Notes: generated from the letters alone by a model not told the origin. 64,000 bases of DNA from an uncultured Flavobacteriales bacterium (GCA_905612305.1 CAJQRK010000005.1:13561-77560), one strand, 5' to 3'. Positions 19,032 to 29,661 are shown, numbered from the stretch's first letter. Numbers and translations: made by a program.

Positions 19032-22000
19032 ATGTTGAGAAAAATTTACTTGATAGCGGCATTAGCATTAATATCAACCCTTGCTTTTGCACAAACAGGA
19101 ACCTTGAAAGGAGTGATATCAGACGCAATGAGTGGAGAGCCTATCCCGTTTGCAAATATTATCATTGAAAAGAATGGAAATCAATCAGCAGGAACTACTA
19201 CTGATTTTGATGGAAACTATATTATTAAACCAGTTGAGCCAGGGAATTATACCATTAAAGCTACATTTGTTGGTTATGGTACGGTTGAGGTTACTGGGGT
19301 TATTGTTTCCGCAAATAAAATTACTTTTCAGGACGTAAAATTGCAAGAGGGTATTGCAATTGGAGAAGTAAAGATTATTGCGTATAAAAAACCGTTATTG
19401 GATCAGGATAATCTTTCAGGAGAAACAAAAACAGCTGAAGAAATTGTTGCTTTGCCAACAAGATCTATAAATTCAATTGCAGCTACAACTGCTGGGATTT
19501 ACCAGCAAGATGAAGGGTCTGAGGTAAATGTCAGGGGATCAAGAGGAGACGCAACTGAATACTATGTTGATGGAATTAAGGTGAGAGGAAGTATGGGAGT
19601 GCCAACTTCAGGTATTGAACAAATCACTGTAATTACTGGTGGTTTACCTGCACAATATGGGGATGCAACTGGGGGTATTATCTCGGTAACCACTAAAGGG
19701 CCTTCTAATAAAATGTTTGGAGGTATTGAGTTTGAATCCTCTTCATTATTTGATGGTTACAACTACAATTTATTAGGATTTGCACTTTCTGGCCCTATTT
19801 TGAAAAAGCGTAATACAGATGGCTCAAAAGGAAGTTCAATAATTGGTTATTTCTTAGCAGGAGAATTCAGATCCGTTGACGATACTGACCCTTCAGCAAT
19901 TGGAAGGTGGAAGGTAAAAAACGATAAGCTAGAGTGGTTAAAAGATAATCCTTTTCAAGTAGCCCCAAATGCAACAGCAGGATTCTTAAGTACTTCTGAT
20001 TTTTTAACAGCAACAGATTTTGAGAATACGCAAGCAAAACAAAATGCACACAACAACAAATTTAACATATCAGGGAAATTAGATTTTAAACCAGGAAAGA
20101 ATACTTTTTTGTCTTTAGGAGGTAATTACTATACAAAAAAATCTCGTGATTTTTCAGCTTCTCGCTCAATGTTTTCATGGGAAGATAATAGAGAGACGAG
20201 CGAACAAACTTATCGTTTATTTGGGAAGCTAACACAAAAATTTGGCTCAGCAGAATCGAATGAGGAAAATAGTAGTTCGACTATTAAAAATGCCTTTTTT
20301 ACTTTACAAGCAGACTATACAAATAACAAATATACTTTTGGAGACGCAAACCATAAAGATAACATATTTAATTATGGCTATGTAGGCAAATTCACAACTC
20401 ATAAAGCGCCAACTTATGAGAATGGTAGCGCTGTTGATTCTACTTCTGGAACTATATATACGGGTAGAGTGTTAGGTGGTTGGGCTGATACTTTGTATGA
20501 ATATGCTCCTGGAGGGTTAAATATAGGCCTAGAAAATTATACAAATGCTTATTATGATATGTTTTCGGATTATGGGATGACCTCCTATATGGCTCCGTTT
20601 GGTATTGGAGATGCAAATGATGGAGTAATAAGAACAGCAGCAGATTTACAAGGACAAGGGTTGACGAATGGAGGCTCTCCAGCCTCGGTATATTCTCTTT
20701 TTAGTAATCACGGATCATGGTATGGCTATTCTGTTAAACAAGAAAATACCCAATTTGCTTTTAAGGCATCTGGTTCAGCTGATATAAAATCACATGAGTT
20801 CTCTTTTGGGTTTGAGTTTGAAGAAAGAAAAGATTACTATTGGCGATTTAATGCAGTATCAAATAGCACATCCCCATCTATATGGACATTAATGAGACAA
20901 CAAGCCAACAAGCATATAATGGAATTGGATTTAGCCAATCCTCATCCTGTTTTTGATATTCACGGTACATATCAAGATACGGTTAATTACGATCGTTTAA
21001 ATGCTGATTTAGATCCAAAAACTGGCAACCCAACTGGAGAATTTCAATCTTGGTTTGATAGAGAATTAAGGATCTCATTAGATAAAGACCCAAATGGAGT
21101 AGAGTTTATAGATATTGATTCCTATGATCCATCAACTTTCAGTTTAGATATGTTTAATGCTGATGAATTATTAAACAGTGGTTCGTCAATAGTTTATTAT
21201 TATGGATATGATATTTACGGTAACAAGACGAATACTCACAATACTTTAAAAGACTTCTTTAATTATGAGGATAATAATGGTAACAATACAAGAAATATAG
21301 CGCCATACAATCCTATATACCAAGCAGGATATATACAAGATAAATTTGCTATTGAAGATTTAATTTTTAATATTGGAGTAAGAGTAGATCGTTTTGATGC
21401 AAACCAAAAGGCGTTAAAAGATAAATTTTTACTTTATAATGCACATGATGCATCAGCAAACACAGATCTAATTAACTCTACAAATATTCCATCCACTATT
21501 GGTGATGATTATGTGGTGTATGTTGATGACATTTCTAATGCATCAACAATTGTTGGCTATAGAAATGGAAGTAATTGGTACAATGCAGATGGATTAGAAA
21601 TTTCTGATCCATCTTTATTGGCTGAGGCTGCTGGCGGAAAAATTGCACCTTACTTAACTGATCAATCGATTATTGATGATAGTCTTGGAAGAGTTAATAT
21701 TTCTGCATTTAAAGATTATAAGCCCGAAACAATTTTTATGCCAAGGATTGCTTTCTCTTTCCCAATTTCGGATGAGGCACAGTTCTTTGCGCATTATGAC
21801 GTATTAACACAAAGACCTCCAGAAGGAAATAGAATAGAACCAGTTGATTATTTATTTATGGAAGATAGAGTGGGGGCAACTTTAAATAATCCTGATCTAA
21901 AACCTGAGAGAACAGTTGATTATGAGCTAGGCTTTGCTAAAACATTGTCATTACGCTCTGCTTTAAAAATTTCTGCATTTTATAAAGAATTAAGAGACAT

Positions 22001-22784
22001 GATTCAAATAACAAATGTATTGTCGGCTTATCCTGCACAATACTATACTTATGGTAATATTGATTTTAGTACAGTAAAAGGGATGTCAGTTAATTATGAT
22101 TTAAGAAGAACTAATAATGTGCAAATGACCGCAAATTATACTTTGCAATTTGCGGATGGTACAGGTTCTAATGCAACATCAGGGCAGGATTTAGTGAATA
22201 CAGGTCAACCAAATCTAAGAACTACAATTCCACTTGCATACGATCAGCGACATGCAATTTCAGCATCAGTTGATTATCATTATGGTAATGGTAAAGACTA
22301 TAATGGTCCCGTATGGTTTAATTCCAAAGTATTCCAGAATTCTGGGGCTAATGTAATGATGTCAGCAGGTTCAGGAGTTCCTTATTCAAGGCAATCAAAT
22401 ATCACTCAAGAGGCTGCTTCAGGAATTAATGATCGCTCTACTTTAGAAGGAAGCCTAAATGGATCTCGCTTACCATGGCAATTCCGTGTAAATGCTAAAA
22501 TAAACAAAGAGTTCGAAATTAAATGGAGTGATAAAAAGAGCTCACATATTAATGTATATGTGCAAGTTCAAAATTTATTTGATGCTCGGAATATTATTAA
22601 TGTTTATCGTGCTACAGGAAACCCAGAGGATGATGGATATTTAACAGCAGCAGCTTCTCAAAATTCAATAGAATCTAGAAATGATGAAAATGCGTTTAGG
22701 TATTTATACTCATTAGCAGTTAATAATCCTGAACATTATAGTTTACCACGAATGTGGAGAGCCGGATTGAGTATTAAATTTTAA
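19032..22784 (+). CDS. Large TonB-dependent receptor with N-terminal carboxypeptidase-regulatory-like domain (Oar-like)
   Basis: AQTGTLKGVISD..GEPIPFAN, TTDFDGNY, plug NVRGSR..YYVDG, TGGLPAQYGDATGGII, PRIAFSFP, NPDLKPERT and C-terminal IKF. Confidence 0.9.
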   Translation: MLRKIYLIAALALISTLAFAQTGTLKGVISDAMSGEPIPFANIIIEKNGNQSAGTTTDFDGNYIIKPVEPGNYTIKATFVGYGTVEVTGVIVSANKITFQDVKLQEGIAIGEVKIIAYKKPLLDQDNLSGETKTAEEIVALPTRSINSIAATTAGIYQQDEGSEVNVRGSRGDATEYYVDGIKVRGSMGVPTSGIEQITVITGGLPAQYGDATGGIISVTTKGPSNKMFGGIEFESSSLFDGYNYNLLGFALSGPILKKRNTDGSKGSSIIGYFLAGEFRSVDDTDPSAIGRWKVKNDKLEWLKDNPFQVAPNATAGFLSTSDFLTATDFENTQAKQNAHNNKFNISGKLDFKPGKNTFLSLGGNYYTKKSRDFSASRSMFSWEDNRETSEQTYRLFGKLTQKFGSAESNEENSSSTIKNAFFTLQADYTNNKYTFGDANHKDNIFNYGYVGKFTTHKAPTYENGSAVDSTSGTIYTGRVLGGWADTLYEYAPGGLNIGLENYTNAYYDMFSDYGMTSYMAPFGIGDANDGVIRTAADLQGQGLTNGGSPASVYSLFSNHGSWYGYSVKQENTQFAFKASGSADIKSHEFSFGFEFEERKDYYWRFNAVSNSTSPSIWTLMRQQANKHIMELDLANPHPVFDIHGTYQDTVNYDRLNADLDPKTGNPTGEFQSWFDRELRISLDKDPNGVEFIDIDSYDPSTFSLDMFNADELLNSGSSIVYYYGYDIYGNKTNTHNTLKDFFNYEDNNGNNTRNIAPYNPIYQAGYIQDKFAIEDLIFNIGVRVDRFDANQKALKDKFLLYNAHDASANTDLINSTNIPSTIGDDYVVYVDDISNASTIVGYRNGSNWYNADGLEISDPSLLAEAAGGKIAPYLTDQSIIDDSLGRVNISAFKDYKPETIFMPRIAFSFPISDEAQFFAHYDVLTQRPPEGNRIEPVDYLFMEDRVGATLNNPDLKPERTVDYELGFAKTLSLRSALKISAFYKELRDMIQITNVLSAYPAQYYTYGNIDFSTVKGMSVNYDLRRTNNVQMTANYTLQFADGTGSNATSGQDLVNTGQPNLRTTIPLAYDQRHAISASVDYHYGNGKDYNGPVWFNSKVFQNSGANVMMSAGSGVPYSRQSNITQEAASGINDRSTLEGSLNGSRLPWQFRVNAKINKEFEIKWSDKKSSHINVYVQVQNLFDARNIINVYRATGNPEDDGYLTAAASQNSIESRNDENAFRYLYSLAVNNPEHYSLPRMWRAGLSIKF

Positions 22785-22813
22785 TAAAAGTAAGACAAGA
22801 AAACAGATTTTAT

Positions 22814-25800
22814 ATGAATAATAAAATAAAACAAATCGTAAGCCTTTCGTTAGTACTGCTAGCAGTTAGTGTTATGGCAAAAGAAAATGTATACAGCCCA
22901 GGCGCAACCTCTGTAGTAAACACTAAAGTTGCTGCGGGCTGTGATCCCTCTTCCTCACAAACAGATTTAGATGTAAATAATGTTAGAACTACAATAATGG
23001 GTGGTGGAGATATGTGGTGGAACTTATCTGATGCAAGGTATGAAATTCCAAAAGATGGAAATAGACATTCTTTATTTGCTGGAGCACTTTGGATTGGAGG
23101 TGTTGATGATGGAGGTCAATTAAAGGTTGCAGCTATGACCTACAGGCAAGGCGGTAATGATTTTTGGCCAGGCCCTTTGGATGAAGTGACTGCACTAATT
23201 ACTGCTAGCGAGTGTGCTCTATGGGATAAGCATTTTAAAATAACACGAGAAGAAGTGGAATTCCATGTCGATAATTATTTAGACCCTAATTATACAATGC
23301 CAGCATCAATTAAAAACTGGCCAGCTCACGGAAATTATAATAATCCTTTTGTTGGTTTTAGAAATCTTGCCCCCTTTTATTCCCCAACCGGCAATATTGA
23401 TTATGACCCAGAGAGTGGTGATTATCCTGATTATAATATTACAGGCACTAATGATAACGCTTCACTATTTGGCGATCAAACACTTTGGTGGGTATTTAAT
23501 GATAAAGGAAATATTCATACAGAAACTGAAGCAGAGCCATTAGGACTGGAGATTCATGCGCAGGCCTTTGGTTTTACATCTGACAATGAAGTGAATGATA
23601 TGACTTTTTACAATTATAAAATTATTAACCGTTCTACCACACCACTAAATGACACATATTTTGGGCAATGGGTAGATGCTGATTTAGGATTTTATTTGGA
23701 TGATTATGTAGGTTGTGATGTAGGTTTAGGACTTGGTTTTTGTTATAATGGTGATGCAGAAGATGAGGGGGCTGCAGGATATGGATTTAACCCACCTGCA
23801 ATTGGAGTAGATTTTTTCCAAGGGCCACTTGCAGATAAATTTGATGGGATTAATAATGATAACGATTTTGATACTCTTGGTTTTCCTATTATTGATGAAG
23901 GAACAAATGGAATAGATGATGATAATGATGGTCTAATTGATGAATTAGATGAGAGGGAGCAAATTATAATGTCAAAATTTGTATATTATAACAATGACTT
24001 CACTGTTACTGGAAATCCTGAAAACGGAACACATATATATAACTATTTAAGAGGTATCTGGAAAGATAATGTACCAATGACTTTTGGTGGTGATGGGCAT
24101 GGTGGAGGACAAGGCACAACACCAACTGAATGTAATTTTATGTTCCCTGGAACATCAGATGATCAATTCACAGGGCAAGAATGGACAGAAGTTACTGCTG
24201 GTAATGTCCCTGCAGACAGAAGGTTTATTCAATCTGCAGGCCCTTTCACTTTAGAGCCAGGCGCAGTAAATGAAATTACTACTGGTGTAGTTTGGGCTAG
24301 AGCTAAATCTGGTGGCCAAACAGCATCTATTGCTTTAGTGAAAACTTACGATAGAGAGGCGCAAGCGTTATTTGATAATAATTTTAACATTCTTAACGGG
24401 CCAGATGCTCCTGATTTACAAATACAAGAATTAGACAAGCAACTTGTATTCACGTTATCTAATAGTGGAATTTCTAATAACATTAATGAGTCTTACTCAG
24501 AGAAAGACCCTTATATTAAAAAGTCAATAAATGCAAATAGTCAATATTATGAATTTCAAGGGTATTTAGTGTATCAGTTGGCAAACGCTACTGTATCAGC
24601 AACTGATTTGACTGATCCTGACTTAGCTCGATTAATTTATAGAAGTGATATTAATGATGATGTAACAGGAATAGTTAACCAGTATTTAGATCCTTCATTA
24701 GGAGTGTACACCCCAATTGAAGAAGTGTCTTCTATATTAAACTCTGGAGTTGTTGGTTCTGTGGATAAAGGCATACAATTCTCTTTCCAAGTTTCAGATG
24801 ATAGGTTTGCTGCAGGAAACACACGATTAGTAAATCATAATACCTATTATTATATGTCTATGGCTTACGGCTACAATATGGCGGAGGAAAATGCATCTCC
24901 TTATGATGTAAATGCACCAGATTATGATGGAAGAAATCAGCCGTATATTTCAGGAAGAAAAAATATTCAGACATATTCTGCTATTCCTCATTTTACAGAG
25001 CCTGAAGCTGGAGGTACAACATTAAATGCTTCTTATGGTGATGGAGTGAAAATCACAAGAGTTGAAGGGCAAGGTAATGGAGGTAATAGTTTAGAATTAA
25101 CAAAAACAACGGTTGACGAAATTCTTGCCTCAAATGATCATAGGAGTTTGTACCCAGTCTATAAAGCAGGACAAGGACCAATTGAAATAACTGTTGTTGA
25201 CCCAGTTAAAATACCTGAGGGGGATTATGGCTTAAAACTTGAGGATCCTATTTTTACAGGAACTGCAATTACATCATACGGTAAATGGACTTTACTTGAT
25301 GAAGCAACTGGGGTAACAGTAGCTTCTGCAAATCAGAATATTGTTTTAGGTTCGGAAAAGTATATTACAGCTTTAGGATTAAATATAAAAATAAAACAAG
25401 CATTAAACCCTGGTACTGATCCAGATAATATTGCTGAAAACGGTTTGATTTCTGGGACTATTGAGTTTGAAGATCAAAATGATAGATGGCTAAGTGGTGT
25501 GGCTGATAGAGATGATGATAATGGATTTTTGTGGGGTTTAAATTGGATAAGAGCGGGGTCTCAGACTAATGACGATGACGCAAAAATGAGTGATTACAAT
25601 CAGAATGATGATCCAAATGGCGTCTATGAAGGAGCTGTTGTACAAACTAATGTTCTTTTTGGAGGACTGGAAAGTACAGGAGGTACGTGGGCACCTTATT
25701 CTTTTGCCTCAAATATGAATGACGGTCCTGGTTTTAGCAGTACCGTAACAAATAGTTATTCAAAGTTTGAAAACACCAATTCAGTTGATATTGTATTTAC

Positions 25801-27076
25801 AAATGATATGTCAAATTGGTCAAAAGTATGTGTAGTTGAGGCTCAGGATGATCCTGCACTAGCAATTGGGAACCAAGTAAAAATGGGATTAAGACAAAGT
25901 CCTTCATTAGATATTAATGGAGCTCTTGCAAATGATGGCACTATGGGAATGAGCTATTTCCCAGGTTACGCAATTGATGTAGAAACAGGAGAGCGTCTAA
26001 ATATCATTTTTTCAGAAGATTCTTGGTCAACTTCCGAAAACGGAAATGATATGCTTTGGAACCCTACTGATAAAATTGTCACCGATCAGTTTCCGCAATA
26101 CGATCCAAGTGCAGATCCTGGAGAACAATTTTCAGGAGGTAATTATTTATTAGGAGGCAAACATTTTATCTATATAGTCAAAGGAGAATCTTGGGTAAAA
26201 GGTATTGAAGATTATGTTAACGGAAATTTAATAGATGTTGGAAATTCACCAAATTATGATGAATGTGCATGGGTTTATGAAAAACTGGCTAATTATACAC
26301 CACTTTTAGTTGCTCAATTTGATGTATTTGAAAATATAACTTGGGTAGGAGTTCCGTTATTAGCTCCAGGTAGAACTTTACGAACGGACCCTAATGGGAT
26401 ACGAAATGATGCTACAGTTAAGTTAAGAGTTACAAAACCATATAAACAATATGAGACAGTTGATGATGACAAGTTTTTTAATAAAAACATGGCTCTGACT
26501 GCAGGGAATACTTATGTTGTAGCATATTTCAACTCATCCTTGACAAATCCGCAAGGATCATGGGGCGGACAAACAGTAACTCATGATGGAACTACATATG
26601 CACCTGGAGATGAATTTATAGCAACAACAACATCCTTCACGGGTAGCACTAAATCTAGAGTAATTGAACATACTGCCTTAAATGCGTTTAGCCCAATTTA
26701 TCGTTTTAATACGGATGATATTGTTGCTAATAAAGGTAATCTTCAGGTAGCTAAGGGGGCAATGGAAACGATTAAAGCCGTGCCTAACCCTTATTATGGT
26801 TATTCTTCTTATGAGGTGAATCAGTTAGACAACAGAGTTAAGATTACTAATTTACCACAGCGAGCAACAATTTCTATTTTTACCGTGAGTGGTACTTTGG
26901 TGCGTAAAATGAAAAAGGATGATGCAGTAACTTCTATTGATTGGGATTTGAAAAATGATTATGGAATTCCAATTGCAAGTGGGTTATATATTATTCATAT
27001 AAATGCTCCTGGTGTAGGAGAAAAAGTAATAAAATGGTTTGGTGCATTACGCCCGATTGATTTAGATACTTTCTAA
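22814..27076 (+). CDS. Large secreted protein with T9SS-type C-terminal sorting domain
   Basis: Signal peptide; LDVNNVR..YEIPK..SLFAGALWIGG N-domain; DGxDND/DGLIDE acidic motif; C-terminal VPNPY...ITNLP..ISIFTVSGTLVR...WDLKN..G.PIASGLYIIHI. Confidence 0.82.
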   Translation: MNNKIKQIVSLSLVLLAVSVMAKENVYSPGATSVVNTKVAAGCDPSSSQTDLDVNNVRTTIMGGGDMWWNLSDARYEIPKDGNRHSLFAGALWIGGVDDGGQLKVAAMTYRQGGNDFWPGPLDEVTALITASECALWDKHFKITREEVEFHVDNYLDPNYTMPASIKNWPAHGNYNNPFVGFRNLAPFYSPTGNIDYDPESGDYPDYNITGTNDNASLFGDQTLWWVFNDKGNIHTETEAEPLGLEIHAQAFGFTSDNEVNDMTFYNYKIINRSTTPLNDTYFGQWVDADLGFYLDDYVGCDVGLGLGFCYNGDAEDEGAAGYGFNPPAIGVDFFQGPLADKFDGINNDNDFDTLGFPIIDEGTNGIDDDNDGLIDELDEREQIIMSKFVYYNNDFTVTGNPENGTHIYNYLRGIWKDNVPMTFGGDGHGGGQGTTPTECNFMFPGTSDDQFTGQEWTEVTAGNVPADRRFIQSAGPFTLEPGAVNEITTGVVWARAKSGGQTASIALVKTYDREAQALFDNNFNILNGPDAPDLQIQELDKQLVFTLSNSGISNNINESYSEKDPYIKKSINANSQYYEFQGYLVYQLANATVSATDLTDPDLARLIYRSDINDDVTGIVNQYLDPSLGVYTPIEEVSSILNSGVVGSVDKGIQFSFQVSDDRFAAGNTRLVNHNTYYYMSMAYGYNMAEENASPYDVNAPDYDGRNQPYISGRKNIQTYSAIPHFTEPEAGGTTLNASYGDGVKITRVEGQGNGGNSLELTKTTVDEILASNDHRSLYPVYKAGQGPIEITVVDPVKIPEGDYGLKLEDPIFTGTAITSYGKWTLLDEATGVTVASANQNIVLGSEKYITALGLNIKIKQALNPGTDPDNIAENGLISGTIEFEDQNDRWLSGVADRDDDNGFLWGLNWIRAGSQTNDDDAKMSDYNQNDDPNGVYEGAVVQTNVLFGGLESTGGTWAPYSFASNMNDGPGFSSTVTNSYSKFENTNSVDIVFTNDMSNWSKVCVVEAQDDPALAIGNQVKMGLRQSPSLDINGALANDGTMGMSYFPGYAIDVETGERLNIIFSEDSWSTSENGNDMLWNPTDKIVTDQFPQYDPSADPGEQFSGGNYLLGGKHFIYIVKGESWVKGIEDYVNGNLIDVGNSPNYDECAWVYEKLANYTPLLVAQFDVFENITWVGVPLLAPGRTLRTDPNGIRNDATVKLRVTKPYKQYETVDDDKFFNKNMALTAGNTYVVAYFNSSLTNPQGSWGGQTVTHDGTTYAPGDEFIATTTSFTGSTKSRVIEHTALNAFSPIYRFNTDDIVANKGNLQVAKGAMETIKAVPNPYYGYSSYEVNQLDNRVKITNLPQRATISIFTVSGTLVRKMKKDDAVTSIDWDLKNDYGIPIASGLYIIHINAPGVGEKVIKWFGALRPIDLDTF

Positions 27077-27114
27077 AAATAAAAAAAGATTAGACGATTA
27101 TAAATATTATAGAT

Positions 27115-28179
27115 ATGAAACAAATTAATAACAGGATAAAAGTAATAGGACTTATTGCATTAATATTGCTTCCTCTTAATACTATATTTGCAGGAAATCC
27201 GCAAAGAGCAGGACAAGCTGGGGCTTCCGAATTGTTAATCAACCCATGGGCTAGAACTTCTGGATGGGCAGGTGCAAATATAGCAGGTGTAAGAGGACTG
27301 GAAGGAATTTATTCTAATGTTGCTGGCTTGGCATTTACTGAAAAAACAGAATTAATTTTCTCGCAAACTCAATGGTTAAAGATAGGTGATGATGCTGTAA
27401 GTAATATTAGTTCTTTTGGTTTCTCACAAAAAGTAGGAGAATCAGGAGTACTTGGTTTTTCTGTAATGAGTATGGATTTTGGCAAGATTGAAATTACTAC
27501 TACTGGTTCTCCTGATGGTGGTCTAGGAACATTTGCTCCTAAATTTATGAACATAGCACTCTCATATGCTAAGATTTTCTCTAACAGTATTTACGGAGGA
27601 ATGACTATTAAAATGATTTCTGAGCAAATTTCTAACGTAGGGGCTAATGGTGTCGCTTTGGACGCAGGTATTCAATATGTCACAGGAGAAAAAGATAATT
27701 TGAAGTTCGGTATTTCATTAAAGAATGTAGGGCCAAGGATGTCATTCTCTGGTGATGGACTTTCTTTTAGAGGTATTGTAGGCGATGCAGATGATTATAA
27801 AATGACGGTTGAGCAAAGGTCTTCTGAAGTTGAATTACCAGCATTATTAAATATTGGTATATCATACGATATTAATGTATTAAAACACAGAATAACAGGA
27901 GCTGGAACTTTTACATCAAACTCTTTTCAAAAGGATCAATATCGTTTAGGGTGTGAGTATTCCTACAAAGAATTGTTTATGCTACGAACCGGCTATACTT
28001 ATCAAGAGGGAGTCACAGATCCATCAACAAGAACAACTGCTTTAAGAGGTCCTTCAGCTGGATTTACTGTTGAGCTTCCAATGGGTAGCAATGGTACAAC
28101 TTTCGGTTTGGATTATTCTTACCGTCATACTGATCCTTTCCAAGGCTCACATACTATTGGGGCTACTATTAATTTATAA
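27115..28179 (+). CDS. PorV/PorQ-family outer-membrane beta-barrel (FadL-like)
   Basis: RAGQAGASELLINPWARTSGWAG N-terminal motif, NVAGLAF, ALDAGIQY, LKNVG, LR.GY and LDYSY. Confidence 0.82.
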   Translation: MKQINNRIKVIGLIALILLPLNTIFAGNPQRAGQAGASELLINPWARTSGWAGANIAGVRGLEGIYSNVAGLAFTEKTELIFSQTQWLKIGDDAVSNISSFGFSQKVGESGVLGFSVMSMDFGKIEITTTGSPDGGLGTFAPKFMNIALSYAKIFSNSIYGGMTIKMISEQISNVGANGVALDAGIQYVTGEKDNLKFGISLKNVGPRMSFSGDGLSFRGIVGDADDYKMTVEQRSSEVELPALLNIGISYDINVLKHRITGAGTFTSNSFQKDQYRLGCEYSYKELFMLRTGYTYQEGVTDPSTRTTALRGPSAGFTVELPMGSNGTTFGLDYSYRHTDPFQGSHTIGATINL

Positions 28180-28204
28180 AATAAAAACAAAACATATTAT
28201 GTTC

Positions 28205-28229
28205 AGAAAGGAAGGCAACTTCTTTTTTT
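28205..28229 (+). terminator. Probable terminator after the TBDR-cargo-PorV cassette
   Basis: AAAGGAAG-gcaa-CTTCTTTT hairpin with T-run. Confidence 0.55.
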
Positions 28230-28251
28230 GGCATTTATAAGCATAAGAATT

Positions 28252-28725
28252 ATGAGTACAATATATTTATCGCAAGAAGGATACAATAACTTAAAAGTAG
28301 AATTAAACGCTTTAAAATCTGTAGATCGCCCAAGAATAATTAATCAAATTGCGGAAGCAAGAGATAAGGGGGATTTGTCAGAAAACGCAGAATATGATGC
28401 AGCTAAAGAAGCGCAAGGGTTATTGGAAGCTAGGATTGCTAAATTAGAGAATGATGTGTCAAATGCACGTGTATTAGATAAATCAGAAATGGACACATCA
28501 TCCGTACATTTATTAACAAAAGTTACCATTAAGAATATGGCAAATGGCATGGAAATGACCTATGCTATTGTCTCTGAAACTGAAGCTGATTTGGCTGCAA
28601 AAAAGATTTCGGCTACCTCCCCTATAGGTAAAGGCTTATTAGGGAAATCTGTTGGGGAGATTACTGATATTGAAGTGCCAAATGGTATTATGCATTTTGA
28701 GATTATCAAAATAGAAAGACTATAG
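28252..28725 (+). CDS. greA: Transcription elongation factor GreA
   Basis: IAEARDKGDLSENAEYDAAKE, SPIGKGLLG; ATG 28252 preferred. Confidence 0.97.
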   Translation: MSTIYLSQEGYNNLKVELNALKSVDRPRIINQIAEARDKGDLSENAEYDAAKEAQGLLEARIAKLENDVSNARVLDKSEMDTSSVHLLTKVTIKNMANGMEMTYAIVSETEADLAAKKISATSPIGKGLLGKSVGEITDIEVPNGIMHFEIIKIERL

Positions 28726-29117
28726 TGTCAAGTATTTTCTCTAAAATAGTGAGTGATGATATTCCTGCATATAAGGTTGCCGAGAATGAGAATCACTTAG
28801 CATTTTTGGATATTTTTCCTTTAGCAAAAGGGCACGTTTTAGTTATTCCTAAAAAGGAAATAGATTATATTTTTGATATTACTTCAGACGACTATTTAGA
28901 ACTTTGGAAATTTGCACAAAAAGTAGCTAAGGGTATGGATAAAGTAATTGAATGTGAAAGAATTGGAGTAGCTGTCATTGGTATTGAAGTCCCTCATGCT
29001 CACATTCATCTAGTGCCTCTCAATAATGTGTCTGATATTAATTTTGAGCGACCAAAACTGAAGTTTTCTGAAGATGAAATGAAAGTCATTTCCGATTTAA
29101 TTAAATCAGCTATTTAA
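28725..29117 (+). CDS. HIT family nucleotide hydrolase
   Basis: SIFSKIV, FLDIFP..GHVLVIPK and VPHAHIHLVP histidine triad; GTG start. Confidence 0.93.
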   Translation: MSSIFSKIVSDDIPAYKVAENENHLAFLDIFPLAKGHVLVIPKKEIDYIFDITSDDYLELWKFAQKVAKGMDKVIECERIGVAVIGIEVPHAHIHLVPLNNVSDINFERPKLKFSEDEMKVISDLIKSAI

Positions 29118-29661
29118 GTTTATCAGGGTTATCTTTTAGAAAGGATCCCCAACCAGTATACTTCTTACCTGTTCCGCTAGGATTTCTTTGAAAATAATGA
29201 CAAACTGCAGCAGCCAATCCATCTGTTGCATCCAAGTGTTTAGGCATTTCATTAATGTTTAAAAGAGATTTCAACATGGCTGCAACCTGTTCTTTACTGG
29301 CAGTTCCCTTTCCAGTAATAGCCATCTTTATTTTTTTTGGTGCGTATTCAAATATAGGAACATCACGGTAAAGGGCTGCTGACATGGCTACTCCTTGTGC
29401 TCTTCCTAACTTTAACATGGATTGTACATTCTTACCAAAAAAAGGAGCCTCAACAGCCAATTCGTCTGGTTTGTACTCATCAACTAATTGCAATGTGCGT
29501 TCAAAGATTCGTTTTAACTTTAATTCATGAGAACTTAGTTTTGAAAGATGCAAAACCCCCATTTGAATAAGCTCCATTTGATTTTCTTTAATATGAATAA
29601 GTCCATATCCCATTATTGTGGTCCCAGGATCTATTCCTAATATGATTTTATCAGTCTGCAA
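29110..29661 (-). CDS. ruvC: Holliday junction resolvase RuvC
   Basis: ILGIDPG, AVE, G.ASKEQV and DATDGLAAA. Confidence 0.96.
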   Translation of the reverse strand: MQTDKIILGIDPGTTIMGYGLIHIKENQMELIQMGVLHLSKLSSHELKLKRIFERTLQLVDEYKPDELAVEAPFFGKNVQSMLKLGRAQGVAMSAALYRDVPIFEYAPKKIKMAITGKGTASKEQVAAMLKSLLNINEMPKHLDATDGLAAAVCHYFQRNPSGTGKKYTGWGSFLKDNPDKLK

